The notes beneath the pieces are model-generated. The model saw only the letters and a list, made by a program, of their open reading frames with translations. It had not been told where the DNA came from and ran no database searches. The position numbers and the translations under genes were made by a program. Below, in pieces: positions 34,220 through 44,274 of a stretch of DNA of 64,000 bases (its first letter is position 1; each line of letters begins with the position of its first letter). The DNA lies in the NCBI GenBank assembly GCA_021732605.1, contig JAKFUS010000011.1, forward strand, positions 4,226-68,225, written 5' to 3'. This DNA is from Betaproteobacteria bacterium. GTDB lineage: Bacteria > Pseudomonadota > Gammaproteobacteria > Burkholderiales > SG8-41.

Positions 34220-34602
34220 GCCGGGGCTCCGGGAACAGTTTCTGCCACCCAGCCGGCGATGGCATCGCGCAGGCCGGGCACGTCACCGATGGCGGGCAGC
34301 AATTGGATGGTCAGCGCCGGCTGCTGCCTGCGGATATCGTCGAGCAGTATCGGCACATCTTTTTTAAGGTGCCCGCCCTGCGCCATGAACAGCGGCGCGA
34401 TGTGGATGGTCACGTGTCCCGCGGCAGCCAGTTCGCCGATGGCATCGGCCAGCGACGGGGTTTGCAGTTCGAGGAACGCGAGTTTCACTGTCAGGTCTTT
34501 GCGGTCGGCAGCGACGCGGGCGGCGATGGCGCGGAAGGGTTCGGCCCATTCCGGGTCGCGCGCGCCGTGGGCGAACAGCACCAAGCCTGCAGATTGCGCC
34601 AT
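34216..34602 (-). CDS. CbiX/SirB-like (sirohydrochlorin chelatase-like) protein
   Basis: LVLFAHGARDPEWAEPF...IAPLFMAQGGHLKKDVP. Start reset to the ATG adjacent to the dut stop. Confidence 0.6.
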   Translation of the reverse strand: MAQSAGLVLFAHGARDPEWAEPFRAIAARVAADRKDLTVKLAFLELQTPSLADAIGELAAAGHVTIHIAPLFMAQGGHLKKDVPILLDDIRRQQPALTIQLLPAIGDVPGLRDAIAGWVAETVPGAPA

Positions 34603-34603
34603 G

Positions 34604-35053
34604 TCAGCCCTTGCCTGTGCTGCCGAAACCGCCGGCGCCGCGGTCGGATGCGGTGAAATCATCGACGATGTTGAATTCAACTTTCACGACGGGTACGACC
34701 ACCAGTTGCGCCAGGCGTTCCAGCGGGTTGATGGTGAACGCGATGTTGCCGCGGTTCCAGGTTGATACAAACAGCTGGCCCTGGTAATCCGAGTCGATCA
34801 GGCCGACCAGGTTGCCGAGCACGATGCCGTGTTTGTGGCCGAGGCCGGAGCGCGGCAGGATGATGGCCGCGAGACCGGGATCGGCAATGTGGATGGCCAT
34901 GCCGGCGGGGATCAGTTCGGTCTGGCCGGGTTGCAGCGTCAGCGGCGCATCGAGGCAGGCGCGCAGGTCGAGGCCGGCAGAGCCGGGCGTTGCATATTGC
35001 GGTAACTGGTCGCGCAGTCGCGTGTCGAGGATTTTGACGTCTATGGATTTCAT
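34604..35053 (-). CDS. dut: dUTP diphosphatase
   Basis: [24 protein letters not shown] and IDSDYQG motifs. Confidence 0.9.
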   Translation of the reverse strand: MKSIDVKILDTRLRDQLPQYATPGSAGLDLRACLDAPLTLQPGQTELIPAGMAIHIADPGLAAIILPRSGLGHKHGIVLGNLVGLIDSDYQGQLFVSTWNRGNIAFTINPLERLAQLVVVPVVKVEFNIVDDFTASDRGAGGFGSTGKG

Positions 35054-35083
35054 GGCGGCAGTGAACGGAAATCCGTCCTTGTG

Positions 35084-36304
35084 TTACCGGGATTTACGGG
35101 CTTTGGCTCCGCAAAGCGCAGCGATGTGTTCAATGATCTGCCGTGCAACCACGGTTTTCGCTGCGCGCGGCAGGCGGTGGGTGCCTGCATCGTCGAGCAT
35201 TGACACTTCGTTGTCGTCAGCACCGATCGCGGATTGTGCGAGATTGGCGATCAGCAGCTTTACTTTTTTGCGACGGCGTTTTTCGTCGGCATAGGCATCG
35301 AGGTTGCGGCTTTCCGCGGCGAAGCCGACGCAGAACGGCGGCTTGGGCCGTGACGCGACCCAGGCGAGGATGTCGGGGTTGGGCACGAAGTCCAGCGTCA
35401 GTCCCTTGTCGCCATTTTTCTTGATCTTGTGTTTGCGCGGTGCGCTGACGCGGAAATCGGCGACTGCGGCGACGCCGATGAAAATGTCGGCTTTGGCCGT
35501 GTGTTTTTTTACCGCATCGAACATTTCTGCGGCAGTCTGCACGCGTTCCATGCTGGCTCCGACCGGCGCGGCAAGGCTGACCGGCCCGGATACCAGCGTG
35601 ACTTCAGCGCCGGCAGCAATCGCCGCGCGCGCCAGTGCATAACCCATTTTTCCCGAGCTGCGATTGGTGATGCCGCGCACCGCGTCGATCGGTTCGAAGG
35701 TCGGCCCCGCGGTCATCAGCACGCGTTTGCCGGACAGTGTTTTTGGTTCGAGGAAAGCGCTGATCGCTTCGGCGAGTTCGTCGGCTTCGAGCATGCGGCC
35801 CATGCCGGTTTCGCCGCAGGCCTGGTCGCCGCTGTCGGGGCCGAGCACGATGACGCCGTCGCGCTTCAACTGTGCGACATTGCGTTGGGTCGCCGGGTGT
35901 TCCCACATCTGGCGGTTCATCGCTGGTGCGACGATCAGCGGGCAGTCGCGGGCGAGACACAGCGTCGACAGCAGATCGTCAGCGAGGCCCAGTGCGGCCT
36001 TCGCGAGGAAATCGGCCGTCGCCGGCGCAACGACGATGGCCTGTTTGTCGCGCGACAGTTCGATATGCGGCATGCCGTTGGCGATGCGCCCGTCCCACAT
36101 GTCGGTGTACACCGGATGGCCGGACAGGGCCTGCAGCGTGGCTGGCGTGATGAAACCGCAGGCCGCTTTGGTCATCACCACTTGTACATCGATACCGTGG
36201 TCGCCCAGGCGGCGTACGAGTTCGGCGGCCTTGTACGCAGCGACGCCGCCGGTGAGGCCGAGCAGAACCTTTTTAGGTTCGTTTTTGCTTTCAATATCAG
36301 GCAC
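35084..36304 (-). CDS. coaBC: Bifunctional phosphopantothenoylcysteine decarboxylase / synthetase
   Basis: KKVLLGLTGGVAAYKAAELVRRL through to the C-terminal CoaB half. A GTG at 36304 with an upstream GGAAAG was chosen as start. The longer track ORF reads through a REP element. Confidence 0.8.
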   Translation of the reverse strand: MPDIESKNEPKKVLLGLTGGVAAYKAAELVRRLGDHGIDVQVVMTKAACGFITPATLQALSGHPVYTDMWDGRIANGMPHIELSRDKQAIVVAPATADFLAKAALGLADDLLSTLCLARDCPLIVAPAMNRQMWEHPATQRNVAQLKRDGVIVLGPDSGDQACGETGMGRMLEADELAEAISAFLEPKTLSGKRVLMTAGPTFEPIDAVRGITNRSSGKMGYALARAAIAAGAEVTLVSGPVSLAAPVGASMERVQTAAEMFDAVKKHTAKADIFIGVAAVADFRVSAPRKHKIKKNGDKGLTLDFVPNPDILAWVASRPKPPFCVGFAAESRNLDAYADEKRRRKKVKLLIANLAQSAIGADDNEVSMLDDAGTHRLPRAAKTVVARQIIEHIAALCGAKARKSR

Positions 36305-36443
36305 GTAGCGCTTTCCGCCGCAAAGGATGGCCAGTGTAACTGCAAACTCAGGGAAGGGTAAACCAGAGGACCGGTAAACCAAGGGCCGGCCAGCGCGTTC
36401 TTTAACTGGGCGCTTTGCAGTGGAAGTTGCAAGAGCGCTCAAT

Positions 36444-36479
36444 CCCTCACCCCAGCCCTCTCCCGGAGGGAGAGGGTGA
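36444..36479. repeat. REP-like palindrome
   Basis: ccctcaccccagccctctcccggagggagagggtga. It shares its left flank gctcaat with the copy at 59011. Confidence 0.8.
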
Positions 36480-36539
36480 ATAAGGCCCTGGTTCACTGAT
36501 GTGAATCAGGGGGCAGTGTTCCGACCCGGAGAACCCGAT

Positions 36540-37214
36540 ATGGCAATCACCGACTGGCCGCTGGACGACCGCCCCCGCGAGAAGCTGCTGGCCAAGGGGC
36601 CGCAGAGCCTGTCGGATGCCGAACTGGTGGCGATATTCCTGCGCACCGGCATTAAAGGTAAAAGCGCAGTGGATTTGGCGCGCGATCAATTAACCCGCTT
36701 TGGTTCGTTATCGGCGCTGGCCGGTGCAGCCAACGAATCTTTCTGCGCCGAGCCGGGTCTGGGCCCGGCCAAATACGCACAGCTGCAGGCGGCGCTGGAG
36801 ATCGCAAGGCGCACGCTGCGCGAAAAACTCGATGCCGGCGCAGCGTTGTCGGCCCCGGGCGCGGTGCGCGACTACCTGCGGCTGATGCTGCACGGCCGGC
36901 CGCATGAGGTGTTTGTCGTGGTGTTCCTCGATGCCCAGCACCGGGTGACAGCCTGCGAAGAACTGTTTCGCGGCACGCTGACCCAGACCAGCGTGTATCC
37001 GCGCGAAGTGGTCAAACGCGCGCTGCATTACAACGCGGCGGCGGTGATATTTGCGCATAACCATCCCTCCGGCGTTGCCGAGCCCAGCCGCGCCGATGAG
37101 GCGCTGACGGTGGCGCTGAAACAGGCGCTGGCGCTGGTGGATGTGCGTGTGCTTGATCATTTTGTCGTCGCGGGCGACGGGGCGCTGTCGTTTGCCGAGC
37201 GCGGATTAATGTAA
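36540..37214 (+). CDS. radC: RadC-family (JAB/MPN domain) protein
   Basis: [17 protein letters not shown]...AHNHPSG motif. Confidence 0.85.
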   Translation: MAITDWPLDDRPREKLLAKGPQSLSDAELVAIFLRTGIKGKSAVDLARDQLTRFGSLSALAGAANESFCAEPGLGPAKYAQLQAALEIARRTLREKLDAGAALSAPGAVRDYLRLMLHGRPHEVFVVVFLDAQHRVTACEELFRGTLTQTSVYPREVVKRALHYNAAAVIFAHNHPSGVAEPSRADEALTVALKQALALVDVRVLDHFVVAGDGALSFAERGLM

Positions 37215-37245
37215 GTATTTGTTTTTATTGAAATAATTGTTTTAC
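37207..37245 (+). repeat. AT-rich intergenic motif copy (e)
   Basis: taatgtaagtatttgtttttattgaaataattgtttta. Confidence 0.65.
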
Positions 37246-37274
37246 AGGCCCATGCCTCCTGTTGCCGGTATAGG

Positions 37275-37304
37275 TTGAGGCGGGCAGGTGTTCCAGTGTA
37301 TGAT
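37275..37304 (+). promoter_or_regulatory. Candidate rpmB-rpmG promoter (TTGAGG, 18-nt spacer, TATGAT)
   Basis: Read directly from the sequence, about 30 nt upstream of the rpmB ATG. Confidence 0.35.
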
Positions 37305-37335
37305 CCGGCCTTTTCTGAATTTGCGGAGCACTGCC

Positions 37336-37572
37336 ATGCCTCGGGTCTGCGACGTCACCGGCAAAAAACCGATGACCGGGAACAATGTTTCCCATGCCAA
37401 CAACAAGACAAAACGCCGTTTTCTGCCCAACCTGCACAAGCGCCGGTTCTGGGTGGAGGGCGAAAACCGCTGGGTTAACCTGCGCGTGTCGAACGCCGGT
37501 CTGCGTACCATCGACCGCAAAGGTATTGAAGTCGTGCTCGCCGATCTGCGCGAGCAGGGCATGAACATCTAA
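37336..37572 (+). CDS. rpmB: 50S ribosomal protein L28
   Basis: [33 protein letters not shown]. Confidence 0.9.
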   Translation: MPRVCDVTGKKPMTGNNVSHANNKTKRRFLPNLHKRRFWVEGENRWVNLRVSNAGLRTIDRKGIEVVLADLREQGMNI

Positions 37573-37673
37573 GGTAATAGAGACAAGGGGGCTTTGCCCC
37601 CTTATATCCCCCATTTCAGAGAAATTGCTGATTAACTGAAACAGTCAATCAGCACTTCCCTAAGGACACGATC

Positions 37674-37829
37674 ATGCGTGAAAAAATCAAACTCGAATCG
37701 ACGGCCGGTACCGGCCACTTCTACACGACCACCAAGAACAAGCGCACGATGACCGAGAAGATGGAGATCAAGAAGTTCGATCCCGTCGCGCGCAAGCATG
37801 TGGCCTACAAGGAAGCGAAGATCAAGTAA
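37674..37829 (+). CDS. rpmG: 50S ribosomal protein L33
   Basis: Own translation: [51 protein letters not shown] (51 aa, below the ORF-track cutoff). Confidence 0.9.
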   Translation: MREKIKLESTAGTGHFYTTTKNKRTMTEKMEIKKFDPVARKHVAYKEAKIK

Positions 37830-37847
37830 TCGCTGCGCAAGCGGCAA

Positions 37848-37878
37848 TAAAAAACCCGCCTCATGGCGGGTTTTTTAT
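37848..37878. terminator. Bidirectional rho-independent terminator
   Basis: aaaaaacccgcc-tcat-ggcgggtttttt. Confidence 0.85.
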
Positions 37879-37894
37879 TGGTGTGGTTCTTTTA

Positions 37895-39055
37895 TCAGGC
37901 GTAAGAGCGAAGTCTGCGCGAGAACTGCTCCAGCGCTTCGATGCCGCTGCTCTCGGCGCGATGGCACCAGTCTTCGAGCTGCTTCACCAACTGTTCCTTG
38001 GACGCCGTGGAGCGCTGCCACAGCTGCGCCAGATCATCGCGCATGGTGTAGACGGTGGTCAGCACGGTGCTTTGTTTGATGGTCGCTTCGCGCTGCTCCA
38101 GTTCGGCGGCGGGCAGTGCAGCTTTGTCGATGTGCAGCCAGCGTTTCAGTTTGCCGGTATCGACATCGACGGCTTTGCCTTTGAGTGATTGCAGTTCCTG
38201 GGCGCAGGTGGCGCGCAGCGAAGCGGCGTATTTCGACACCACTTCATAACGATGGGTCACCACCGCCTGCAGCGTGGCGAGGTCGCAGCTGGTTTTGGAT
38301 CTGTCGAGGATCAGCTTGGGCGCAATTTTCTTGACGCGGGCCAGGCCGAACGTCTCAAGGATGCGGATATACAGCCAGCCGATGTCGAATTCATACCAGC
38401 GGTTCGACAATTTTGCCGAGGTCGCATAGGCGTGATGGTTGTTGTGCAGTTCCTCACCGCCGACCAGGATGCCCCAGGGCACGATGTTCCTGCTGGCGTC
38501 CTCAGGCTGGAAGTTGCGGTAGCCCCAGAAGTGGCCGATGCCGTTGATGACGCCGGCGGCCAGGAACGGAATCCACAGCATCTGCACGGCAAAGATGGTG
38601 ATGCCGATCGGCCCGAGCAGGATCACGTTGGTGATCAGCATGATGGCGATGCCATAACGGTCGTGACTGTAGACGTTGCGCTCCAGCCAGTCGTCGGGCG
38701 TGCCGTAGCCGTAACGCTCCAGCGTGTCCTTGTTGCGGCCTTCCTGGCGATAGAGTTCGGCACCCTGCATCAGCACCTTGCGGATGCCGAAAATTTGCGG
38801 GCTGTGCGGATCATCGACTGTTTCGCACTTGGCGTGATGTTTGCGGTGAATGGCCGTCCAGTGTTTGGTCAGCATGCCGGTGGTCAGCCACAGCCAGAAG
38901 CGGAAGAAATGCGAGACGATCGGGTGCAGATCGAGCGCACGGTGTGCCGAGTGGCGGTGCAGATAAATCGTGACCGCGGCAATCGTGATATGGGTGATGA
39001 CCAGCGCGTAAACCACGTAGCCCCACCACGGTAAATCCAGAATCCCTGTATACAT
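37895..39055 (-). CDS. Membrane fatty-acid (delta-9 type) desaturase with a C-terminal extension
   Basis: His boxes HRHSAH, HRKHH and HNNHH. N-terminal TM helices. Confidence 0.75.
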   Translation of the reverse strand: MYTGILDLPWWGYVVYALVITHITIAAVTIYLHRHSAHRALDLHPIVSHFFRFWLWLTTGMLTKHWTAIHRKHHAKCETVDDPHSPQIFGIRKVLMQGAELYRQEGRNKDTLERYGYGTPDDWLERNVYSHDRYGIAIMLITNVILLGPIGITIFAVQMLWIPFLAAGVINGIGHFWGYRNFQPEDASRNIVPWGILVGGEELHNNHHAYATSAKLSNRWYEFDIGWLYIRILETFGLARVKKIAPKLILDRSKTSCDLATLQAVVTHRYEVVSKYAASLRATCAQELQSLKGKAVDVDTGKLKRWLHIDKAALPAAELEQREATIKQSTVLTTVYTMRDDLAQLWQRSTASKEQLVKQLEDWCHRAESSGIEALEQFSRRLRSYA

Positions 39056-39168
39056 TCAAAGGCTCGCTGTTATGGGTACAACCTTAATATCAGGGCGAGT
39101 GTACTGAAGAACAATAGCGGGGGATACCCTGTGGCCCGAAATATACCGGTAACTATCGGGCCATTAAT

Positions 39169-39205
39169 TTCAAGTAACTGTTTTTATTGAATAATTACTG
39201 TTTTT
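39169..39205 (+). repeat. AT-rich intergenic motif copy (f)
   Basis: ttcaagtaactgtttttattgaataattactgttttt. Confidence 0.65.
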
Positions 39206-40502
39206 CGGCGGGGTGTTGCGTAGTTTTGGTTTCGCCAAGCAACCGCACCTCACGCTGCGGAAAGGGAATCTCGATGCCGTGTTCGCGGAAGGCGTGCCAG
39301 ATCCCGGCATACAGCTCCGAGCGCAGGCGGGCGACGCCCTTTTCGGGGTCGTCGACCCAGACACCCAGTTCGAGGTTGATGCCGCTGTCGGCAAAACCGG
39401 TGATCAGCGCGTCCGGTGCCGGATCCTGCTGCGCCCGCGGGTTGCTTTTTGCGACCTTGACCATGATTTCGCGAGCGGTGTCGAGGTCGGTCGCGTAGGC
39501 CACCTGCATCTTCAGCGTGATTTGCACCTTGCGGTCGCTGAAGGAGTGGTTCAGTACCGTGGAGGTGATGATGCTCTCGTTGGGAATCAGCGCTTCGAGG
39601 CCGCCGACGCCGCGCACCACGACATAACGCGCCGTCATCTGGGTCAGTGTGCCGGTATGCTCGCCGATGGTGACCACGTCACCGATACTCACCGAGCGAT
39701 CCATCAGGATGATGAAGCCGCTGATGTAGTTGGCGGCGATTTTCTGCAGGCCGAAGCCGATGCCGACGCCAAGCATGCCGCCGAACACCGACAGCACCGT
39801 CAAATCGATGCCCACTGCCGGCAGCGCGATCAGGAAAGCCGCCAGCAGCAGCACAACCTGGATCAGCTTGGCGAACATCACGCGCAGGTTGGTCTGCAGG
39901 CTGGTGGCGTTCATCAGGCGCGATTCGGCGAGGCGTCCCAGCCACAGCGCGATCAGCAGCGTGGCGATGATCGACAGCGTGCCCTGCAGCACCAGCAACA
40001 GCGAAAATTTCTGTTTGCCGACGGCGAAATCGACGTCCTGCATGGCGTCACGGACGAACGGCCACAGGCCCGTCAGATAGACGGCGACGCCGATCCAGGC
40101 CAGCCAGCTGATCCAGCGCTCCGATGCGCGCAGCCAGGGGCTGGGTGCAAAGGTGTGGCGCATCACGTAGATGGAAATGCGGATCAATGCCATTGCCAGC
40201 AGCAGTGCGGCGGCGACATTGAGCAGGTGGGTGCTTTGCCAGTAACGCAGCACCGACTTGGCAATCAGCACCAGCACCAGCGTCGACAGCGGGAACAGCA
40301 GCCGCTGCATGCTGCCGATGCCCAGTGCCTGCGTGGCGTCGGTCGGCACGTGACCGAACACCCGCCGGTTGTAGAGTCGCGACAATAACCAGCCGATGGC
40401 GACACAGGCCGTGAGCACACCCACCTGCCACAAAACCTTTACGTTTTGCAGGTCGCCCCAGAGGTCCAGGAGCAGAGCTTGAAATTCAGCGGATGCGGAC
40501 AT
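39195..40502 (-). CDS. Mechanosensitive ion channel (MscS family)
   Basis: Multiple N-terminal TM helices. ISGFIILMDRSVSIGDVV is typical of the MscS core. Confidence 0.75.
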   Translation of the reverse strand: MSASAEFQALLLDLWGDLQNVKVLWQVGVLTACVAIGWLLSRLYNRRVFGHVPTDATQALGIGSMQRLLFPLSTLVLVLIAKSVLRYWQSTHLLNVAAALLLAMALIRISIYVMRHTFAPSPWLRASERWISWLAWIGVAVYLTGLWPFVRDAMQDVDFAVGKQKFSLLLVLQGTLSIIATLLIALWLGRLAESRLMNATSLQTNLRVMFAKLIQVVLLLAAFLIALPAVGIDLTVLSVFGGMLGVGIGFGLQKIAANYISGFIILMDRSVSIGDVVTIGEHTGTLTQMTARYVVVRGVGGLEALIPNESIITSTVLNHSFSDRKVQITLKMQVAYATDLDTAREIMVKVAKSNPRAQQDPAPDALITGFADSGINLELGVWVDDPEKGVARLRSELYAGIWHAFREHGIEIPFPQREVRLLGETKTTQHPAEKQ

Positions 40503-40574
40503 GGGGGTTAGGTCAGGGATGGGCGGGAAATTTTAGCATCGTGTGCTGTATGCCGGATTCAGGCTGCTGTGCGT

Positions 40575-41870
40575 TCACGTCGTGCGTTCCATCACCGCAG
40601 CAAAAAAACCATCGGTGTTGTGGATTTGAGTCCACAACTGGAGTTGCTCCCCGGTTTCGAGGTTGATGTCCTGGCGGCGCAGCAGTTCGCCGCAATCGAG
40701 CGCTTTGAATTCCGGATGGGCGTCGAGGAAGGTGCGGATGATGTCCTGGTTTTCTGCGGCGAGCAGGCTGCAGGTCGCATAGACCAGCCGCCCGCCAGGT
40801 TTGACCAGGCGCGCCGCGGCATTGAGGATCGACGTCTGTTTGACCATCAGTTCCGCGACGGATTGCGGCGACTGGCGGTATTTCAGGTCGGGGTTGCGGC
40901 GCAGCGTGCCGAGCCCGCTGCACGGGGCATCGACCAGCACGCGGTCGATTTTGCCGGCGAGGCGTTTGACCTTGGTGTCGTTCTCGTGCGCGATCACCAG
41001 CGGGTGCAGATTGGACAGGCCCGAGCGTTTCAGCCGCGGTTTCAGGTTGTCGAGCCGTTTTTGCGAAACATCGAAGGCATAAAGCCGGCCCTGCGAATGC
41101 ATCAGCGCGCCCAGCATCAGCGTCTTGCCACCGGCGCCGGCGCAGAAGTCGACCACCAGATCCGTGCGCCGCGGCGCCAGCAGGTAACCCAGCACCTGGC
41201 TGCCTTCGTCCTGGACTTCGATGGCGCCGCTGGTGAACAGCGGGTGGCGGTTGATCGATGGTTTGCCCTTGACGCGGATGCCGATCGGCGAAAAAGGCAT
41301 CGCCACCGCTTCGATGCCGCTGGCATTGAGTCCGGCGAGCACGGTGTCGCGATTGCTGCGGATGGTATTGACCCGCAGATCCAGCGGCGCCGGATCCTGC
41401 AGCGCGCGGCCGAGTTTTCGGATGAAATCGTCATCGTGCTGCAGCAGCAAGCGCTCGACGATCCATTGCGGCAGATCGGCCTCGACGTTGAGCGGCAGCG
41501 CACTCGCTTGTGAACGTGTGGCATTGAGCCACTGGATTTCGTCGGACTTGCACAGCGGAGTCAGTTCGCGGCTGCTGAAACCGGCGATGCGCGCCAGCCA
41601 CAGCAACACCAGCTGCCGCGGCGTGGCTTGCGGCGCCACATGGTCAAACAATTCTTTCCGCCGCAGTACGCCGAACACGGCTTCGGCGACAAAGCCGCGA
41701 TCCTGCTGGCCGAGGACATGGCGTTCACGGAAATAACGGCCGAGCACGGCGTCGGCCGGATAAGTGAAGGTCAGCACCCGCGACAGCGCGGTTGTGGCGT
41801 CGGCGAGGCGCAGCGCGTTGGGGACGCGTGCGGGGGATTCGGGAATGGCGGTTTTGAGTGCAGTTTTCAT
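40575..41870 (-). CDS. rsmB: RsmB/NOP-family SAM-dependent RNA m5C methyltransferase
   Basis: DFCAGAGGKT SAM motif, and DAPCSG and YATCS catalytic Cys motifs. Confidence 0.75.
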   Translation of the reverse strand: MKTALKTAIPESPARVPNALRLADATTALSRVLTFTYPADAVLGRYFRERHVLGQQDRGFVAEAVFGVLRRKELFDHVAPQATPRQLVLLWLARIAGFSSRELTPLCKSDEIQWLNATRSQASALPLNVEADLPQWIVERLLLQHDDDFIRKLGRALQDPAPLDLRVNTIRSNRDTVLAGLNASGIEAVAMPFSPIGIRVKGKPSINRHPLFTSGAIEVQDEGSQVLGYLLAPRRTDLVVDFCAGAGGKTLMLGALMHSQGRLYAFDVSQKRLDNLKPRLKRSGLSNLHPLVIAHENDTKVKRLAGKIDRVLVDAPCSGLGTLRRNPDLKYRQSPQSVAELMVKQTSILNAAARLVKPGGRLVYATCSLLAAENQDIIRTFLDAHPEFKALDCGELLRRQDINLETGEQLQLWTQIHNTDGFFAAVMERTT

Positions 41871-42889
41871 TGCTCGCTGATTTGTATCGCGTTGACCAGC
41901 TGTTCGCCTGACAGCTCGCCGTCGCGGTTATAAAAACGGATGCGGATCGGCAGATTGCGGTATTCCGTTGCCAGCCACACGGCCAGGCTTTCACGCCCCG
42001 TTTCGCGCACCTGGATCACCGGCACCGCGCGCAGCCGGCCCAGCGGCGTGTCTATGGTTTCTGCGGGCAACACATCGAAACCGGTGGTTTCCAGTTGCCG
42101 GCCGCGGGTGAACGGCAGCGTGATGCGCCCGGGTGCGGGCGGCACCAGCGCGAGCTGGTACATGAAGCTGATCACGTCCTGGCTGCCCGGGGGCAAGACT
42201 ACCGTGTCCTGTTGCGGCATGCGGCCCAAACGTACCTGGCCTTCTTTCCAGTTGAACACCGCCAGTGATTCCTCGCTGCGGCTGCCGCGCTTGACGCTGG
42301 CGACGAATCGCTCCGGCCGCAGCCCCTGGTCGGATACCGTACCTTTGCTCAGGTAGTGATAACGGGTTGGCCGGAATACTTCGATCAGGCCGGTACTCTC
42401 CGATTGGCTGCCGAGCGTGTACTGCGTGCCGTCAAATTCCCAGGTCTGCACTGTGCGGCCGACAGGGGCATCGTTCATGGTCAATGAATAAGTAATGCGG
42501 CCCTTGCGCGGGAAACTGGGCAGCGGCGGCGCTTCCGCTGTCTGGAACACCGTGGGTGCTGCGCTGGCGACGACCACGGGCTCCGCTGCGGGCGCTGCCG
42601 GTTCTGCAGCAGGTTCTGCAGCAGGTACGGGGTTCGGCATGGCGGGGATTACGGCTTCAGCTTGCGGTGCCGTGCGTGGTGCAGCGGCAATACGTTGTGG
42701 TTTTGCTTGCGCTTCGATGGCGCGCGCGGCTGCCGGCAGTGGTGTCAGCGGCTGCAATCGCGCACTCAGCGGCGGCAGTTCCGGCACGGGATCCGGCAGC
42801 GTCAGCCAGGAACCGGCGAGCAATGCAGCATGTGCGGCCACGGACAGTGCCGCGGCAGCGAGCAAGCGCATCGCGGGTCCGCGCTTCAC
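41867..42889 (-). CDS. DUF3108-family protein with an N-terminal Ala/Pro-rich linker
   Basis: Signal/TM segment, AEPAAEPAAPAAEP repeats, then a DUF3108-like beta-rich body. Confidence 0.5.
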   Translation of the reverse strand: MKRGPAMRLLAAAALSVAAHAALLAGSWLTLPDPVPELPPLSARLQPLTPLPAAARAIEAQAKPQRIAAAPRTAPQAEAVIPAMPNPVPAAEPAAEPAAPAAEPVVVASAAPTVFQTAEAPPLPSFPRKGRITYSLTMNDAPVGRTVQTWEFDGTQYTLGSQSESTGLIEVFRPTRYHYLSKGTVSDQGLRPERFVASVKRGSRSEESLAVFNWKEGQVRLGRMPQQDTVVLPPGSQDVISFMYQLALVPPAPGRITLPFTRGRQLETTGFDVLPAETIDTPLGRLRAVPVIQVRETGRESLAVWLATEYRNLPIRIRFYNRDGELSGEQLVNAIQISEQ

Positions 42890-43596
42890 CGGATTTCCAG
42901 TCGGGAGATGACCTGCTCGTAACGCTTGCCGTCGTCTTCGACGATGCGCATTTTGACCGGCATCATCCGGTGTTCGCGTGCCAGCCAGATTTCAGTCGCG
43001 GTTTCGCTGGCGCTGTGCTGTTTCACCAGATGGATCACCGCCAGGCGACCCAGCGGTGTGTCGATGGTGGTGTCGGGGCCGATCGCGTAGCGGTACTGGT
43101 CGAGTTTGCGGCCATTGGTCATTGCGAATGCCAGGTCCTTGAGCTTTTCCGGAGGCAGGAACAGGAACTGGTACATCACTGACAGCCGGTCCTGCGCGCC
43201 GGGAGACAACGTCGCGGTTTCGCTGCGGCCGTCGTGCGCCATCGTCAGCGTGCCCGCGGTCCAGTCGAATTCCGCGTGCACGCGCCGCGCATCCCCGGTG
43301 CCGCGCGTGCCGTCAAAGAGTTTCGGACGCAGGCCGCCGCTGCCGACCTCGCCGTTGCTGGTGACACGTCCCGGGCGGCGCTGAATCAGCGCGAACAGGC
43401 CGATGGCCTGGGTTTCGCTGACGGCCTGATAGGCGCCGTTGCGGATCTCAAAAGTTTCCTGCATGACCGCGATCGCTGTGCCGTTCATCGACAAATCGTA
43501 TTGCGCCTGCACCGCCTGCGGCGGGGTGACAGCGGCCAAAGCCGAGTGCAGCAACGCACCGGCAAGCAGCAGCGAGACGATGAATTGTTTAAACAT
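42886..43596 (-). CDS. DUF3108-family protein (paralogue of the downstream gene)
   Basis: Signal peptide MFKQFIVSLLLAGALL. Its body is similar in pattern to 41867..42889 (the TPLGRL..V motif occurs in both). Confidence 0.5.
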   Translation of the reverse strand: MFKQFIVSLLLAGALLHSALAAVTPPQAVQAQYDLSMNGTAIAVMQETFEIRNGAYQAVSETQAIGLFALIQRRPGRVTSNGEVGSGGLRPKLFDGTRGTGDARRVHAEFDWTAGTLTMAHDGRSETATLSPGAQDRLSVMYQFLFLPPEKLKDLAFAMTNGRKLDQYRYAIGPDTTIDTPLGRLAVIHLVKQHSASETATEIWLAREHRMMPVKMRIVEDDGKRYEQVISRLEIR

Positions 43597-44230
43597 CAAG
43601 TGCGGGAGAGAGCAGTGCATGCTTGGCGGGATGTGCGCCGCTGATGTTGACCTGGCCGTCCGCCGTCAGCGTGACACGGTCTTCGCACAGCCAGCGCAGG
43701 GCCTGCGGATAAATGCGGTGCTCCTCGGCGAGCACCCGTTTTGAGAGTGTGCCTTCATCGTCGCCGGGCAGCACGGGCACGGCGGCCTGGATGATGATCG
43801 GGCCGTGGTCGAGTTGCGGTGTGACGAAATGCACCGTGCAGCCATGCACGCGCACACCTGCATCCAGCGCCTGGCGGTGGGTGTGCAGTCCCGTAAACGC
43901 CGGCAGCAGCGAAGGGTGGATGTTGATCAGGCGGCCGCGATAACGGTTGACGAAGTCCGCAGTGAGTACGCGCATGAAACCCGCCAGCACCACGAAGTCA
44001 GGCTTGGCGGTGTCGATGGTCAGTGCCAGCGCAGCATCGAAATCCGCGCGTTGTGTGTAATCGCGATGATTGACAACAGCAGTGGCTATACCGTGGCGCG
44101 CCGCGGTGTCCAGGCCTTTGGCAGCAGGATCATTGCTGATGACCGCGCAGATCTGTGCCGGCAGCCCTGCGGCGAGCAGGGCTTCCATGTTACTGCCGCG
44201 CCCGGAAATCAGTATTGCGATGCGTTTCAG
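43589..44230 (-). CDS. purN: Phosphoribosylglycinamide formyltransferase
   Basis: The NIHPSLLP motif is present. The conserved N-terminus LKRIAILISGRGSN is encoded upstream of the first ATG (44188) with no ATG, GTG or TTG available, so a CTG start is proposed. Confidence 0.8.
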   Translation of the reverse strand: MKRIAILISGRGSNMEALLAAGLPAQICAVISNDPAAKGLDTAARHGIATAVVNHRDYTQRADFDAALALTIDTAKPDFVVLAGFMRVLTADFVNRYRGRLINIHPSLLPAFTGLHTHRQALDAGVRVHGCTVHFVTPQLDHGPIIIQAAVPVLPGDDEGTLSKRVLAEEHRIYPQALRWLCEDRVTLTADGQVNISGAHPAKHALLSPALDV

Positions 44231-44274
44231 GGCCAGTCCTTTTCTCTTTTTCTTTCTGGTTTTTTACACTACTT

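Noticed and set aside
36305-36496. N-terminal 64-aa extension of the coaBC ORF ([20 protein letters not shown]...).
   Set aside because: The extension is a read-through of the REP-like palindrome at 36444-36479. The conserved CoaC N-terminus begins at the GTG at 36304, which has an upstream SD.
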